DNA from: a virus
Lineage: Duplodnaviria; Caudoviricetes
IMG/VR virus record: IMGVR_UViG_3300017548_000007
Coordinates: 1-33,672 of that record
DNA length: 33,672 nt
Reading direction: 5' to 3' (one strand)
Below the pieces are notes generated by a model. The model was not told where the DNA came from. It was given only the letters and a program-made list of their open reading frames with translations, and did no database searches. The position numbers were made by a program, and so were the translations under genes. Shown piece by piece: positions 8,729 to 17,751 of this stretch (position 1 is its first letter; each line of letters starts with the position of its first letter).

Positions 8729-8729
8729 C

Positions 8730-8809
8730 GCGGTCTCGCGGCTTCGGCTGCGGGGTCGCCTCTCCCTCACGCAGTCGAGGGGGCGGGTTTAGGCTCGCCC
8801 CCGAACTGC
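8730..8809 (+). other. Two stable hairpins after the capsid-decoration genes (mRNA 3' stabiliser/attenuator)
   Basis: 13-bp stem with cUUCGg loop (8730-8759); GGGGGCGGGT-TTAG-GCTCGCCCCC enclosed by GCAGT/ACTGC (8771-8809); no U tract. Confidence 0.6.
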
Positions 8810-8831
8810 ACGAAAACTCCAGAGGCAAACG

Positions 8832-9281
8832 ATGAAACACCTTCCCGTGACCGCCATGCGGTCGAACGGCGCTGACTACGTGCGCACTTACCATCATGTG
8901 TCGGTCGATAGCGATGTCACGATGCAACAGGTTCTCACCCCGACTTTCTGGGCGCACCACACCGCCGCGCTGCGAATTGGCGATCTGATCGATGTCCTGA
9001 GCGACAACTTGGATGTGCAACTCCGCGTGGTTGAGAAGGGCGTCGGCTACGTTCGCGTTCGCCCACGTCTCGCTTGGGTGGCAGAGGAAGCCAAGAGCGC
9101 GACTCCAGAAGATAAGCCAGTTGGCGAACTGCCCGACAACTATCAGGCCAAGCGTGGTCCCGGCGGCCGGTGGCGCGTGTTCATGGTCGAGCCATACCTT
9201 GAAATCAAGGGCGGCATTGCGACCGAGGCGGAAGCCGTTGCGGTCGCGCAGGAGCACGCCGCCAAGGCCATTGCCGCATAG
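8832..9281 (+). CDS. Hypothetical virion-module protein (149 aa)
   Basis: GAGG RBS; between capsid and tail adaptor genes. Confidence 0.8.
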   Translation: MKHLPVTAMRSNGADYVRTYHHVSVDSDVTMQQVLTPTFWAHHTAALRIGDLIDVLSDNLDVQLRVVEKGVGYVRVRPRLAWVAEEAKSATPEDKPVGELPDNYQAKRGPGGRWRVFMVEPYLEIKGGIATEAEAVAVAQEHAAKAIAA

Positions 9282-9294
9282 CGAGGGCTGATCC

Positions 9295-9912
9295 ATGCCA
9301 TCACGCTTGGACATCTATAACGGCGCCCTTCGCCTTCTCGGTGATGCGCGGCTGGAAAGCCTTGATGAGGTTTCTTCCGCCCGCGAACGCCTTGACGACG
9401 CATGGGTGCCGTCCGTCACGGAAATGCTCGAAAGCGGCATGTGGAACTTCGCCATCCGCACGATCGAGCTGCCCTATGACATCGATGTCGAGCCGCTGTT
9501 TGGCTACCAGTATGCTTTCTCTAAGCCGGATGACTACGTTCGCACGGTGAACATCGCTCAGGAGCCCACGTTTGCCGAGGGCTACGAGCGCTACGAGGAT
9601 GAAACCCGCCATTGGCATGCGGACGTGGATCCTTTGTACATTCGCTATGTGTCGAGCGACGAAGCCTATGGCTGGAACATCGGCGCATGGCGGCAGGCAT
9701 TCTGCACGGCCTTGGAAGCTCTTCTTGCCTTCAACACCGGGCTTCCGATCTCAGGTGATCGCGGCAACCGCAATGACATGTTCCAGCTCTACCAGAACAG
9801 CCTTGCCAGGGCCAAGACACTGGATGCGGTTGACGAGCGGGTGAAGCACAAGCCGATGGGCCGGCTGGTTCGCTCCCGCCTGCAAAGCGGTTCGCGCAGG
9901 TATCGCGGCTGA
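9295..9912 (+). CDS. Tail adaptor / tail tubular protein A (T7 gp11-like)
   Basis: LDIYNGAL..LG, WNFA...EL and FGYQYAFSKP.D..R motifs; size and synteny. Confidence 0.85.
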   Translation: MPSRLDIYNGALRLLGDARLESLDEVSSARERLDDAWVPSVTEMLESGMWNFAIRTIELPYDIDVEPLFGYQYAFSKPDDYVRTVNIAQEPTFAEGYERYEDETRHWHADVDPLYIRYVSSDEAYGWNIGAWRQAFCTALEALLAFNTGLPISGDRGNRNDMFQLYQNSLARAKTLDAVDERVKHKPMGRLVRSRLQSGSRRYRG

Positions 9913-9913
9913 C

Positions 9914-12604
9914 ATGGCAAAGGCGCGTCCCTACCACCATAGCCTCAATGTCGGTGTGGTGGACAAGACGGCATTGGCGCGCGTCGATCTGGAACGCATG
10001 CGCCTTGCTGCGGAGGAACAGACCAATCTACTCGGCACGACGGTCGGCGGGGCGTTTCTCCGGCCCGGTCTGGAATACCTGTCCACCACGTTCAACAGCC
10101 AGCCGGGACGCATCAGGGCTTTTATCCGCGGTGCTGATAGCGCGGCGCTGCTGGAGTTCTACGACGGGCTTCTGTGCGTGAAGGTGGATGACCAGTACGT
10201 GGCCCGCTCGGCAGTCTCCAGCGTCATCACCAATGGCGATTTCAGCGATGCCAGCGGTTGGACGCTGGTCGCTGACGATGGCGCGACTGAGATCATATCG
10301 GGCGGCATCCTTGGCCTCATTGCGACGGGCAAGGGCTCCACAGCCATTGCCAAGCAGCAGGTGGCGACTGCATCCGCTGGTCAACGCCATGCGCTTCGCA
10401 TTGTCGTGGCGCGCGGGCCGGTGGTGTTCCGTTGCGGCTCCACAGACGGTGGGGATGAATATATCACGGAAACGGAACTGGCAGAGGGCACGCACTCTCT
10501 GGCCTTCACGCCATCCGGTTCCTATTGGGTGCAGTTCCAGACCAACCGCGACCGCTACAGCGTCGTGGACAGCATCAATGTCGAGAGCGCCGGGGTCATG
10601 GTGCTGCCGACGCCTTGGTTTGACCAAGCCGCGCTTCGCTTCGCGCAATCGATCGATGTCATGTTCGTCGCGTCCGACACACAGCAGATGCGTATCGAGC
10701 GCCGCTCGGACGATAGTTGGTCGGTCGTGAAGTATCTGGCGGATGATGGCCCGTTCACGGTCAGCCGGACGGCTCCTGTCCGGCTTAAGCCCAACGTCAC
10801 GCATGGCAACGGGACGCTGACGGCGGACAAGCCATTCTTTCGGCCCGAGCATGTGGGTGCGTTGTTCCGGTTGTTCCATGAAGGTCAGGCGGTATTCCAG
10901 GCTCTATCGGGTGGCGGGCAGTTCACGGATCCGATTGAGGTCACGGGCGTCAATGCCACTGGCTACAACGACCGGGAGTTCTCGTACACCGCGACCGGCA
11001 CCTATACCGGCACGCTGAAAATCTTCCGCTCATTCGATGGTGCCGATTTCGGCTACAAGGAGTTCAAGACCTATTCCGCCGATGACAAGGCTACAGACGA
11101 TGACGACAATGCCGTCGTCTATTATCGCTTCGGCTTTGCGGAAGGGGACTATACAAACGGTACTGCATTCGTCGGGCTGACCTATGCGGGTGGTGGTGGC
11201 TACGGCATCTGCCGCGTCATCGGCTATGACAGCCCGACTCAGGTGCAGATCGAGGTTCTTCGCCCGTTCAAGAACATCATCTTCACCGAGGACTGGCGCG
11301 AAGGTGAATGGTCGAACTGGCGCGGCTGGCCTTCCGCTGTTGCCATGACCGAAGGACGGCTTTGGTGGGGTGGATCCGACAAGTTCTGGGGATCTGTCTC
11401 CGATGCCTACAATTCCTTTGATGAAGACTACGAGGGCGATGCCGGCCCGATCCTGAAAAGCATTGCGGTGGATGGCGTCAACTCGGTCAAATCGCTATTG
11501 CCGTTGCAAAGGCTGGTGGCGCTCACTGATGGGTCGGAAGCTACGGCACGATCCTCGTCTTTCGATGAGCCGCTGACGCCTTCCAACACGACGGTCAAGA
11601 CCATCTCCACCTATGGCTCTGCTCCGGTGGATTCGGTGAAGATCGATGCGCGCGGGCTGTTCGTCGGCAAGGACAGGGCCAGCCTCTACGAGATCGTATT
11701 CAGTGTCGAGGCGGGCGACTTCCAGACCACGGAATTGTCGAAGCTGACGCAAAGCCTGTTCCGCGCTGGGGTCAAGGAAGCCGCAGTTCAGCGAAAACCT
11801 GACACCCGCATCTGGGTCGTCATGGATGATGGGTCTCTGGTGTGCATCGTCTATGAGCCGCAGCAGGAGGTTGTTGCCTTCATTCCCTTCGAGACGGAGG
11901 GCAGGTTCGAGAGCGTCGCGGTTCTGCCTGCCGATGCGCAGGACCGGGTTTACTTCATCGTCAATCGCCCGCTGAATGGCACGGACGTTCGCTATATCGA
12001 GAAGATGGCGAAGGACGAGGATGCGACGCCGGGCATGCTGGCGCTCATCATGGATTGCTTCAAGACCGGCACGCAGACGGCATCTACCACGATCACGGGT
12101 GCAACCCATCTGATCGGCCGCGACGTGAAGGTGTGGGCCGACGGCAAGCCGGTTACGGAACAGGTGACGATAGACGGGCGCACCTACACCAAGCCGCGCC
12201 TGTTCAGGGTCAATGCCTCAGGTCAGATTACCGGTCTTCCATTCGCGGTCGAGAACTATGTGTACGGTTTGCCATATCAGGCCCGCTACAAGAGCGCCCG
12301 CCTTGCCTATGGGGCTTCTGGCGGCACGGCGCTGATGCAAAAGCAGATCGTGAACGACTTCGGCGTGATCCTCGCCAACTATGTCCGCTCGGGCGTAATG
12401 TACGGGCGGGACTTCGACCATCTCTACCCGCTGCCAAAGCGCAGGGACGGCCTCGTTGCTGCCGATGTGAATGACGGCGTGATCGTGGACGAAGGCATGC
12501 ACCCGTTTGACGGGAGCTACAGCACCGACTCCCGCATCTGCATGACGTTCGACTGGCCTGCCACGGTGCTCGGGCTGGTCTTCACCGTGGACACGTCCGG
12601 TTGA
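9914..12604 (+). CDS. Tail nozzle / tail tubular protein B (T7 gp12-like)
   Basis: 896 aa, beta-rich; RVDL..., GG...RPG..Y, RFAQSIDVM and GWPSAV...EGRLW.GG motifs; follows adaptor. Confidence 0.88.
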   Translation: MAKARPYHHSLNVGVVDKTALARVDLERMRLAAEEQTNLLGTTVGGAFLRPGLEYLSTTFNSQPGRIRAFIRGADSAALLEFYDGLLCVKVDDQYVARSAVSSVITNGDFSDASGWTLVADDGATEIISGGILGLIATGKGSTAIAKQQVATASAGQRHALRIVVARGPVVFRCGSTDGGDEYITETELAEGTHSLAFTPSGSYWVQFQTNRDRYSVVDSINVESAGVMVLPTPWFDQAALRFAQSIDVMFVASDTQQMRIERRSDDSWSVVKYLADDGPFTVSRTAPVRLKPNVTHGNGTLTADKPFFRPEHVGALFRLFHEGQAVFQALSGGGQFTDPIEVTGVNATGYNDREFSYTATGTYTGTLKIFRSFDGADFGYKEFKTYSADDKATDDDDNAVVYYRFGFAEGDYTNGTAFVGLTYAGGGGYGICRVIGYDSPTQVQIEVLRPFKNIIFTEDWREGEWSNWRGWPSAVAMTEGRLWWGGSDKFWGSVSDAYNSFDEDYEGDAGPILKSIAVDGVNSVKSLLPLQRLVALTDGSEATARSSSFDEPLTPSNTTVKTISTYGSAPVDSVKIDARGLFVGKDRASLYEIVFSVEAGDFQTTELSKLTQSLFRAGVKEAAVQRKPDTRIWVVMDDGSLVCIVYEPQQEVVAFIPFETEGRFESVAVLPADAQDRVYFIVNRPLNGTDVRYIEKMAKDEDATPGMLALIMDCFKTGTQTASTTITGATHLIGRDVKVWADGKPVTEQVTIDGRTYTKPRLFRVNASGQITGLPFAVENYVYGLPYQARYKSARLAYGASGGTALMQKQIVNDFGVILANYVRSGVMYGRDFDHLYPLPKRRDGLVAADVNDGVIVDEGMHPFDGSYSTDSRICMTFDWPATVLGLVFTVDTSG

Positions 12605-12969
12605 GCGATATCGTCTTGCACCGCATCCCGGTGCCGAAGACACAGATTGTGGCAGGGATGCGGATTGATCTGCCGGTGTTCATGACCATCGCCATGCGCG
12701 GGGATGAATATGTCGGGGCTGGTGGACTGGCATGGGGGAATGGCCGCTGCTGGCTGTTCCTCGAACTGGCTAAAGCCGTGCCGGAAGGCCGGTTCCTGCT
12801 GATCAAGGAAGCGCAGCGGTTGAAGCGCAAGGCCCGGCAGCTTGGCGAGACTGAGGTGTATGTGGCGCGGGATCGTACGTTCCCCACCTCTGCGCGCCTG
12901 CTGAAATTGCTCGGTTTCGAGTTTCATGCCGAAGAACAGGGCGAGGAAGTCCATATATGTCGGGTTTAG
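12601..12969 (+). CDS. GNAT-fold virion assembly protein (T7 gp13-like position)
   Basis: TTGA overlap; C-terminal SARLLKLLGFE GNAT-like motif; between nozzle and ejection genes. Confidence 0.7.
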   Translation: MSDIVLHRIPVPKTQIVAGMRIDLPVFMTIAMRGDEYVGAGGLAWGNGRCWLFLELAKAVPEGRFLLIKEAQRLKRKARQLGETEVYVARDRTFPTSARLLKLLGFEFHAEEQGEEVHICRV

Positions 12970-13442
12970 AAACGCTCATTCCTCTGATCGGCGCGGGCCT
13001 GTCTGGCGCTGGCACCATAGCCGGTGGCATCGCTGCGAATGAGCAGGCACAGTTCCAGGCAGCGCAGGAAGAAGCGCGCGGCAAGGAGGAATTCGCGGCC
13101 GCCCAGCGTGACGCGATGGAGAAGCGCCGTGAGGGCCAGCTTGTCATGTCGCGCCAGCAGGCGCTTGCTGCATCATCCGGCGCGGGCACGACCACCCCCA
13201 CCATCGTCAAACTCATGACCGATACAGGCGCGCAGGCCGACTACAACGCGCGCACGGCCATATACGGCGGTGAAAGCCGCAGGGCCGGGCTGTTCGACCA
13301 AGCACGCGCAACAAGGCGTAGCGGCAGGGCTTCGTTGCTCGGCGGCTTCCTTGGCGGTTTCGGCCAGATGGGCACCGGGATCTACAATTCCGGCGCGTTC
13401 TCTGGTCTTGGCAAGACCGACCCATGGAAGGGTCTTCGCTGA
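12957..13442 (+). CDS. Small internal virion/ejection protein (T7 gp14-like)
   Basis: Gly/Ala-rich hydrophobic ends with a central coiled coil and Q.ALAASSG motif; synteny. Confidence 0.8.
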   Translation: MSGLETLIPLIGAGLSGAGTIAGGIAANEQAQFQAAQEEARGKEEFAAAQRDAMEKRREGQLVMSRQQALAASSGAGTTTPTIVKLMTDTGAQADYNARTAIYGGESRRAGLFDQARATRRSGRASLLGGFLGGFGQMGTGIYNSGAFSGLGKTDPWKGLR

Positions 13443-16021
13443 TGGCGAAATTGCCGAGTAAGTACGATCTCAGCGGCCCGCTCTCGCTTCGCAGCGGGCG
13501 CGTCATCGCCCAAGGTGACACGTCAGGCTTTGCGCGCGGGCTTGCCTCGCTTGGCGGCAGCGTTTCGCAGATCGGCAGCGATATCGTCCAGCAGCAGAAT
13601 GCGGTGGACATCGCCCGCGCGGAGGCATTCAAGACCGAGGGCCTGCTTGGCACGCAGAACCAGTTCGATGCCGACCCGGATTATGTGACATTCGGAGAAC
13701 GCGCACCGAAAGCGACCGGCGAGGTTGTCGACAAAGCCGCGAACCTGATCCGCGATCCACGCATGCGCGAGCGCTGGAAGGCTGGGGCTTTGGGTGATGC
13801 CGCCCGCGTCAATGACAGCATCGCAGACCGTGGTTTGGCGCTCGGCAAGCAGGCTGAGCAGGTTGCGTTCGATGACGGGCTTGAGGCCAATCGCAGGCTC
13901 TATGTCGATCCCGACACACCGGAAGATGTCAGGGAGAAGGCACGGCAGGATATAGCCGGCTCTATCGACATGGGCGAGGCGTCTGGTTTGTTCACGCCTG
14001 ATGAGGCGAAGCGCCGTCGTGACCTGTTCCTTGATGGCGCCGACTTCAACCGCGCGCAGCTTTATGCCGAAAGAACAGGCCAAGTCCCCGGCGACACCGA
14101 CGCAGCCGCTTTGCTCCGCCGCTTTGAAGGCTTCCGGCCCGATCCATATTGGGACGTGAACGCTGACCGCGTTGGCTATGGCTCGGACACCATCACCCGC
14201 GCAGATGGAACGGTCGAGAAGGTCACCAAGGGCACAAAGGTTACACGCGAAGATGCTGAGCGCGACCTGAACCGCCGTATCGGTGAGTTTCAGCGCGGCA
14301 TCCAGCGCGACATTGGCGCAACGGCATGGTCCGCACTCCCCGCCAATGCAAAGGCCGCACTGACTTCGGTGGCATACAACTACGGCAGCCTGCCGAAGTC
14401 GGTCGTGTCTGCGGTCCAGTCCGGTAATATGGGCGAGGTCGCCAACGCGGTTCAGGCTCTCGGCAGCCACAACAACGGCATCAATGCCAAGCGCCGGGCC
14501 GAAGAAGCCGCGATCATTCGGGGCGAGGGCAGGCCGGAGTGGTTCAAGCGGCTTTCGCCTGAGCAGCAGTTTCGTATCACGTCCGAGGCGCAGACGCGTC
14601 GAAACCAGATCAGTAGCGAACAGCGCGGATCGATTGACGTAGCGGTGCAGAATGCCCCTGCCGCTATCCAGAACACAGGCCGGTACGACGGGTATATCCC
14701 GACCGCGCAGCAGTTCATGGACGCCTATGGGCCGCAGGAGGGCGCGCAGCGCTATTCCGCCTTCCAGACATCCATGGAGACCAGTGAGCAAGCCTATGGC
14801 ATGCGCACCATGTCTTCGCAGGAAATTCAGGACATCGTGCGCGGGGCGCGGCCGGTCTCGTCAGGTGACAACGCGGCGCTCGAAACCAAGCGGTTTGAGG
14901 TTCTCACGGCAGCGGCCGACGCGACATTGAAGGCGCGCAATGCTGACCCCGCAACCTATGTGCAGAACAATTTCCCCGGTGTGGCCGGCGCATGGCAGCA
15001 GGCAGCGGCAAGTGGCGACTATCAGCCCGCTCTCTCTGCTTCCGCCGCCGCACAGCAGCAGCTTGGCATCGCACCCGCAGACATGAAGCTTCTGCCGAAG
15101 TCGGTTGCTGATACGGCAGTCGCAACCTTCAAGGATGCCAACCGCCCCGAGACGGATAGGATCGCCGCCGCAACGGGCCTGATCTTCTCCACGCCGGACA
15201 AGGCGCAGCGTCAGGCTGTGTTCGAGCAATTGGTTGATGCTGGCTTGCCGGAGGAAACGGAAGGTGCATTCGAGGCGGCGGCGCGTGGCGATCAAGGCGC
15301 AGCACAGCGCTTGTTCCAGGCTGCAATGATCGATCCGAAGGACTTGCCCGGTTCGTCGCCACAGACGCCGAAGGCGGTGGATGACGCGATCCAAGCCCAG
15401 ATCATGGACGAAGGGCAGATTGGCGACTTCTACTATGGCCTTCGCTATGGGCAGACCGAGAATTTCACCCGCGCGCAGCGCGATGCCAAGCTTATCAACA
15501 ATGCGGTGCAGGTTCGCATCCGTCGCGGCGAGGCGCTAGATGCAGCTATCGAGGCCGTGAAGAAAGACTTGTACGGTGACGTTAAGCCGGTAACCGGTGG
15601 CTGGTTTACCGGCGTGAATGCAGAACTGCTGCTGCCAACAGATCAGGATCCTGCTCCGGTTCTTGCCGGCTTGGAGAAGTCGGCACCGCTTGTTCAGGAG
15701 GCGTTGTCTTCGGTCCTGGCTGTAGACGGCAAGCCACTCCCTGACGGGAGCTTGGCAGTCACGCAGGCAGTGAAAGAGAACTACATCGCGAATGTCATGG
15801 CCGAGGGCGCATTTCGCAGTGTGGCAGACGGCTTCGTATTCATTGATCCATACACCGGGGCGGCGGTTCCGGGTGCTGATGGCAACCCGCTGGTGATCGG
15901 CATGGATGAAGTGATCGCGGCAGGCGTGGAGACGCAGCCCGCACCGCAGCCGGAAGCCGAGCGCGACCCGGCCATCCGCGATCTGCGCCAGCGTCCGTCC
16001 GGCTTCTGGAGCCTCCAGTAA
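13442..16021 (+). CDS. Internal virion/ejection protein with GH24-like lysozyme domain
   Basis: TGATG coupling; LLRRFEG..PDPYWD....VGYG, ALTSVAYNYG and KRRAEEA lysozyme motifs at about 14100-14520. Confidence 0.85.
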   Translation: MAKLPSKYDLSGPLSLRSGRVIAQGDTSGFARGLASLGGSVSQIGSDIVQQQNAVDIARAEAFKTEGLLGTQNQFDADPDYVTFGERAPKATGEVVDKAANLIRDPRMRERWKAGALGDAARVNDSIADRGLALGKQAEQVAFDDGLEANRRLYVDPDTPEDVREKARQDIAGSIDMGEASGLFTPDEAKRRRDLFLDGADFNRAQLYAERTGQVPGDTDAAALLRRFEGFRPDPYWDVNADRVGYGSDTITRADGTVEKVTKGTKVTREDAERDLNRRIGEFQRGIQRDIGATAWSALPANAKAALTSVAYNYGSLPKSVVSAVQSGNMGEVANAVQALGSHNNGINAKRRAEEAAIIRGEGRPEWFKRLSPEQQFRITSEAQTRRNQISSEQRGSIDVAVQNAPAAIQNTGRYDGYIPTAQQFMDAYGPQEGAQRYSAFQTSMETSEQAYGMRTMSSQEIQDIVRGARPVSSGDNAALETKRFEVLTAAADATLKARNADPATYVQNNFPGVAGAWQQAAASGDYQPALSASAAAQQQLGIAPADMKLLPKSVADTAVATFKDANRPETDRIAAATGLIFSTPDKAQRQAVFEQLVDAGLPEETEGAFEAAARGDQGAAQRLFQAAMIDPKDLPGSSPQTPKAVDDAIQAQIMDEGQIGDFYYGLRYGQTENFTRAQRDAKLINNAVQVRIRRGEALDAAIEAVKKDLYGDVKPVTGGWFTGVNAELLLPTDQDPAPVLAGLEKSAPLVQEALSSVLAVDGKPLPDGSLAVTQAVKENYIANVMAEGAFRSVADGFVFIDPYTGAAVPGADGNPLVIGMDEVIAAGVETQPAPQPEAERDPAIRDLRQRPSGFWSLQ

Positions 16022-17751
16022 TGGTCTACGCCATGTGGAACGGCCCGCAGTATCGCGCCTCCAGTCCGCAGGAGATGATGGACGCTGCCATGGCAATGCC
16101 CATGAGCCTCACCAGCACGCTATGGGACCAGGCTAAAGGCGGGGCGCTCGAAAGCTACGGCTTCGGCACGGCGCTGCGTGGCCTGCTCACGCCACAAGGC
16201 AACACCGAGACGGGCTTGCTTGATGATGCTGTGGGAATGGCACTGCTGCCTTTGCCCGGCGCATACGGGCTTCTGCGGGCCGGCACGCAGCAGCTTATCA
16301 ATCGCCAGCAGCCGTCCATGTCCGAGGATGAGTACAAGGCGAGCGCCTTCTACCGAAAAGACATTCCTTGGGATGAGGGGATGACCGAGGCGCGCGCCGC
16401 CGCGCTGGCAGACTGGTACGACGCCAAGCGCACGCGGGAGCACTTCGCATCCAAGCGCCCGATCACCGCATTCATCGGCAATCTGGCAGGGCAGGCCGTG
16501 GACCCGATCAACTACATTCCGGTGCTTGGGCCGGCCGGACGGGGCGCTTCCATCCTCCGCGCGGCGGGCATGTCAGCAGCGGATGCCGCCGCGAACACTG
16601 CAATTGCCGGCGTGCTCACGCAGGGGCTTCGTGAGCAGTACGGCGATGACACGTCATGGCAGGCGTTGATTTCCGACGTTGCCATGGCGGCGATGATCGG
16701 CGGTGCGTTTGGTGGCATCGCAGGAGCCATAGGCAGGCGCAGGGATGCTGCCTTCGAGCGTCAGGCACAGGAGCGCCTTGGAACGCTTCAGCGTACTCAG
16801 GAAGCCCGTATTGCGCTGAATGAGGCCGTCGCAGCGGTGGTACGCGGCGAGGATATTCGCCTCTCTCCGAACGCGACCGACCCGATTGCCCGCGTGTCGC
16901 AGGAAGTTGCGCAGCTTTCGCGGGCCTATGACGATGTAATCTCCAATCCGCGCGGTCCCGTTCGCGATCCACTGGTTCAGATTACACCGGATGAAATCGA
17001 CGGCATGATTGTCGCGCGCGGTGCCTTCAAGGATGTCAACGAGGTCGAGTTCTCCAAGCGCGGATGGGGGCTGGTCAAGGTCATATGGGGGCATGGCGAT
17101 CAGAGCGCCGAACGGCCGGAGTTTCAGGTGAGCAAGGCAGACGTGGTCGCGCTTCCCGAAGTCGTGAGGCGATACCTTCCGTCGTCTGTTAGCGATGACG
17201 GTCTGCGGCGCGAATGGCGCGTTCAGCGCGACGGGCGAACCGTGGTCTATGCCGATACAATGATGCCGGAAGGAAGGCATCTGGTTACGACATATATCGC
17301 GCAGACCCCAAGGGACATGAACACTCCGCTATCGATGGAAAGGCCGACCCTGCCCGGTTCCCGCCCACAGGCTGGTAACCTCGTGGGGGATACTGCCGGG
17401 GACCGTTCGATTGGCACCCCCGGAGCCGGGCAGGATATGCCGGCCACCCGCAATATAGCGCAGCCGGCGCGAATTGACAATTCCCCGGCCGTTTCCGAGC
17501 CGCTACCAGACGGACGCACCGAGGCTGAGGGGCGGATTGCCACGCCGGACAACTACAAGGCGCTGGCAGAGCAATACCGCATCGACCCCGAAACCGGCTC
17601 GTTTATCGAAGACGCAGAGATTGAGCAGCTTCGCACTGAGGGTCGGCTGACTGATGAGGACGCTGCCGAGCTGCAATCCGCGCAAGACACGTTCGACAAT
17701 GGCACTGCATGGGGCGATGCCTTGCGCGCTGCCGTGGGGTGCTTGATCTGA
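16021..17751 (+). CDS. Internal virion/ejection protein with inserted PBECR-like nuclease domain
   Basis: TAATG coupling; G..VDPINYIP motif and Gly/Ala-rich hydrophobic segments; GWGLVKVIWGHG...LPEVV...LVTTYI insert. Confidence 0.8.
   Translation: MVYAMWNGPQYRASSPQEMMDAAMAMPMSLTSTLWDQAKGGALESYGFGTALRGLLTPQGNTETGLLDDAVGMALLPLPGAYGLLRAGTQQLINRQQPSMSEDEYKASAFYRKDIPWDEGMTEARAAALADWYDAKRTREHFASKRPITAFIGNLAGQAVDPINYIPVLGPAGRGASILRAAGMSAADAAANTAIAGVLTQGLREQYGDDTSWQALISDVAMAAMIGGAFGGIAGAIGRRRDAAFERQAQERLGTLQRTQEARIALNEAVAAVVRGEDIRLSPNATDPIARVSQEVAQLSRAYDDVISNPRGPVRDPLVQITPDEIDGMIVARGAFKDVNEVEFSKRGWGLVKVIWGHGDQSAERPEFQVSKADVVALPEVVRRYLPSSVSDDGLRREWRVQRDGRTVVYADTMMPEGRHLVTTYIAQTPRDMNTPLSMERPTLPGSRPQAGNLVGDTAGDRSIGTPGAGQDMPATRNIAQPARIDNSPAVSEPLPDGRTEAEGRIATPDNYKALAEQYRIDPETGSFIEDAEIEQLRTEGRLTDEDAAELQSAQDTFDNGTAWGDALRAAVGCLI

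Noticed and set aside
7319-8770. 483-aa - strand ORF and other long antisense ORFs (e.g. 13523-14791, 6324-7265, 10028-10879)
   Set aside because: Shadow ORFs opposite well-supported genes in high-GC, codon-biased DNA; no motifs
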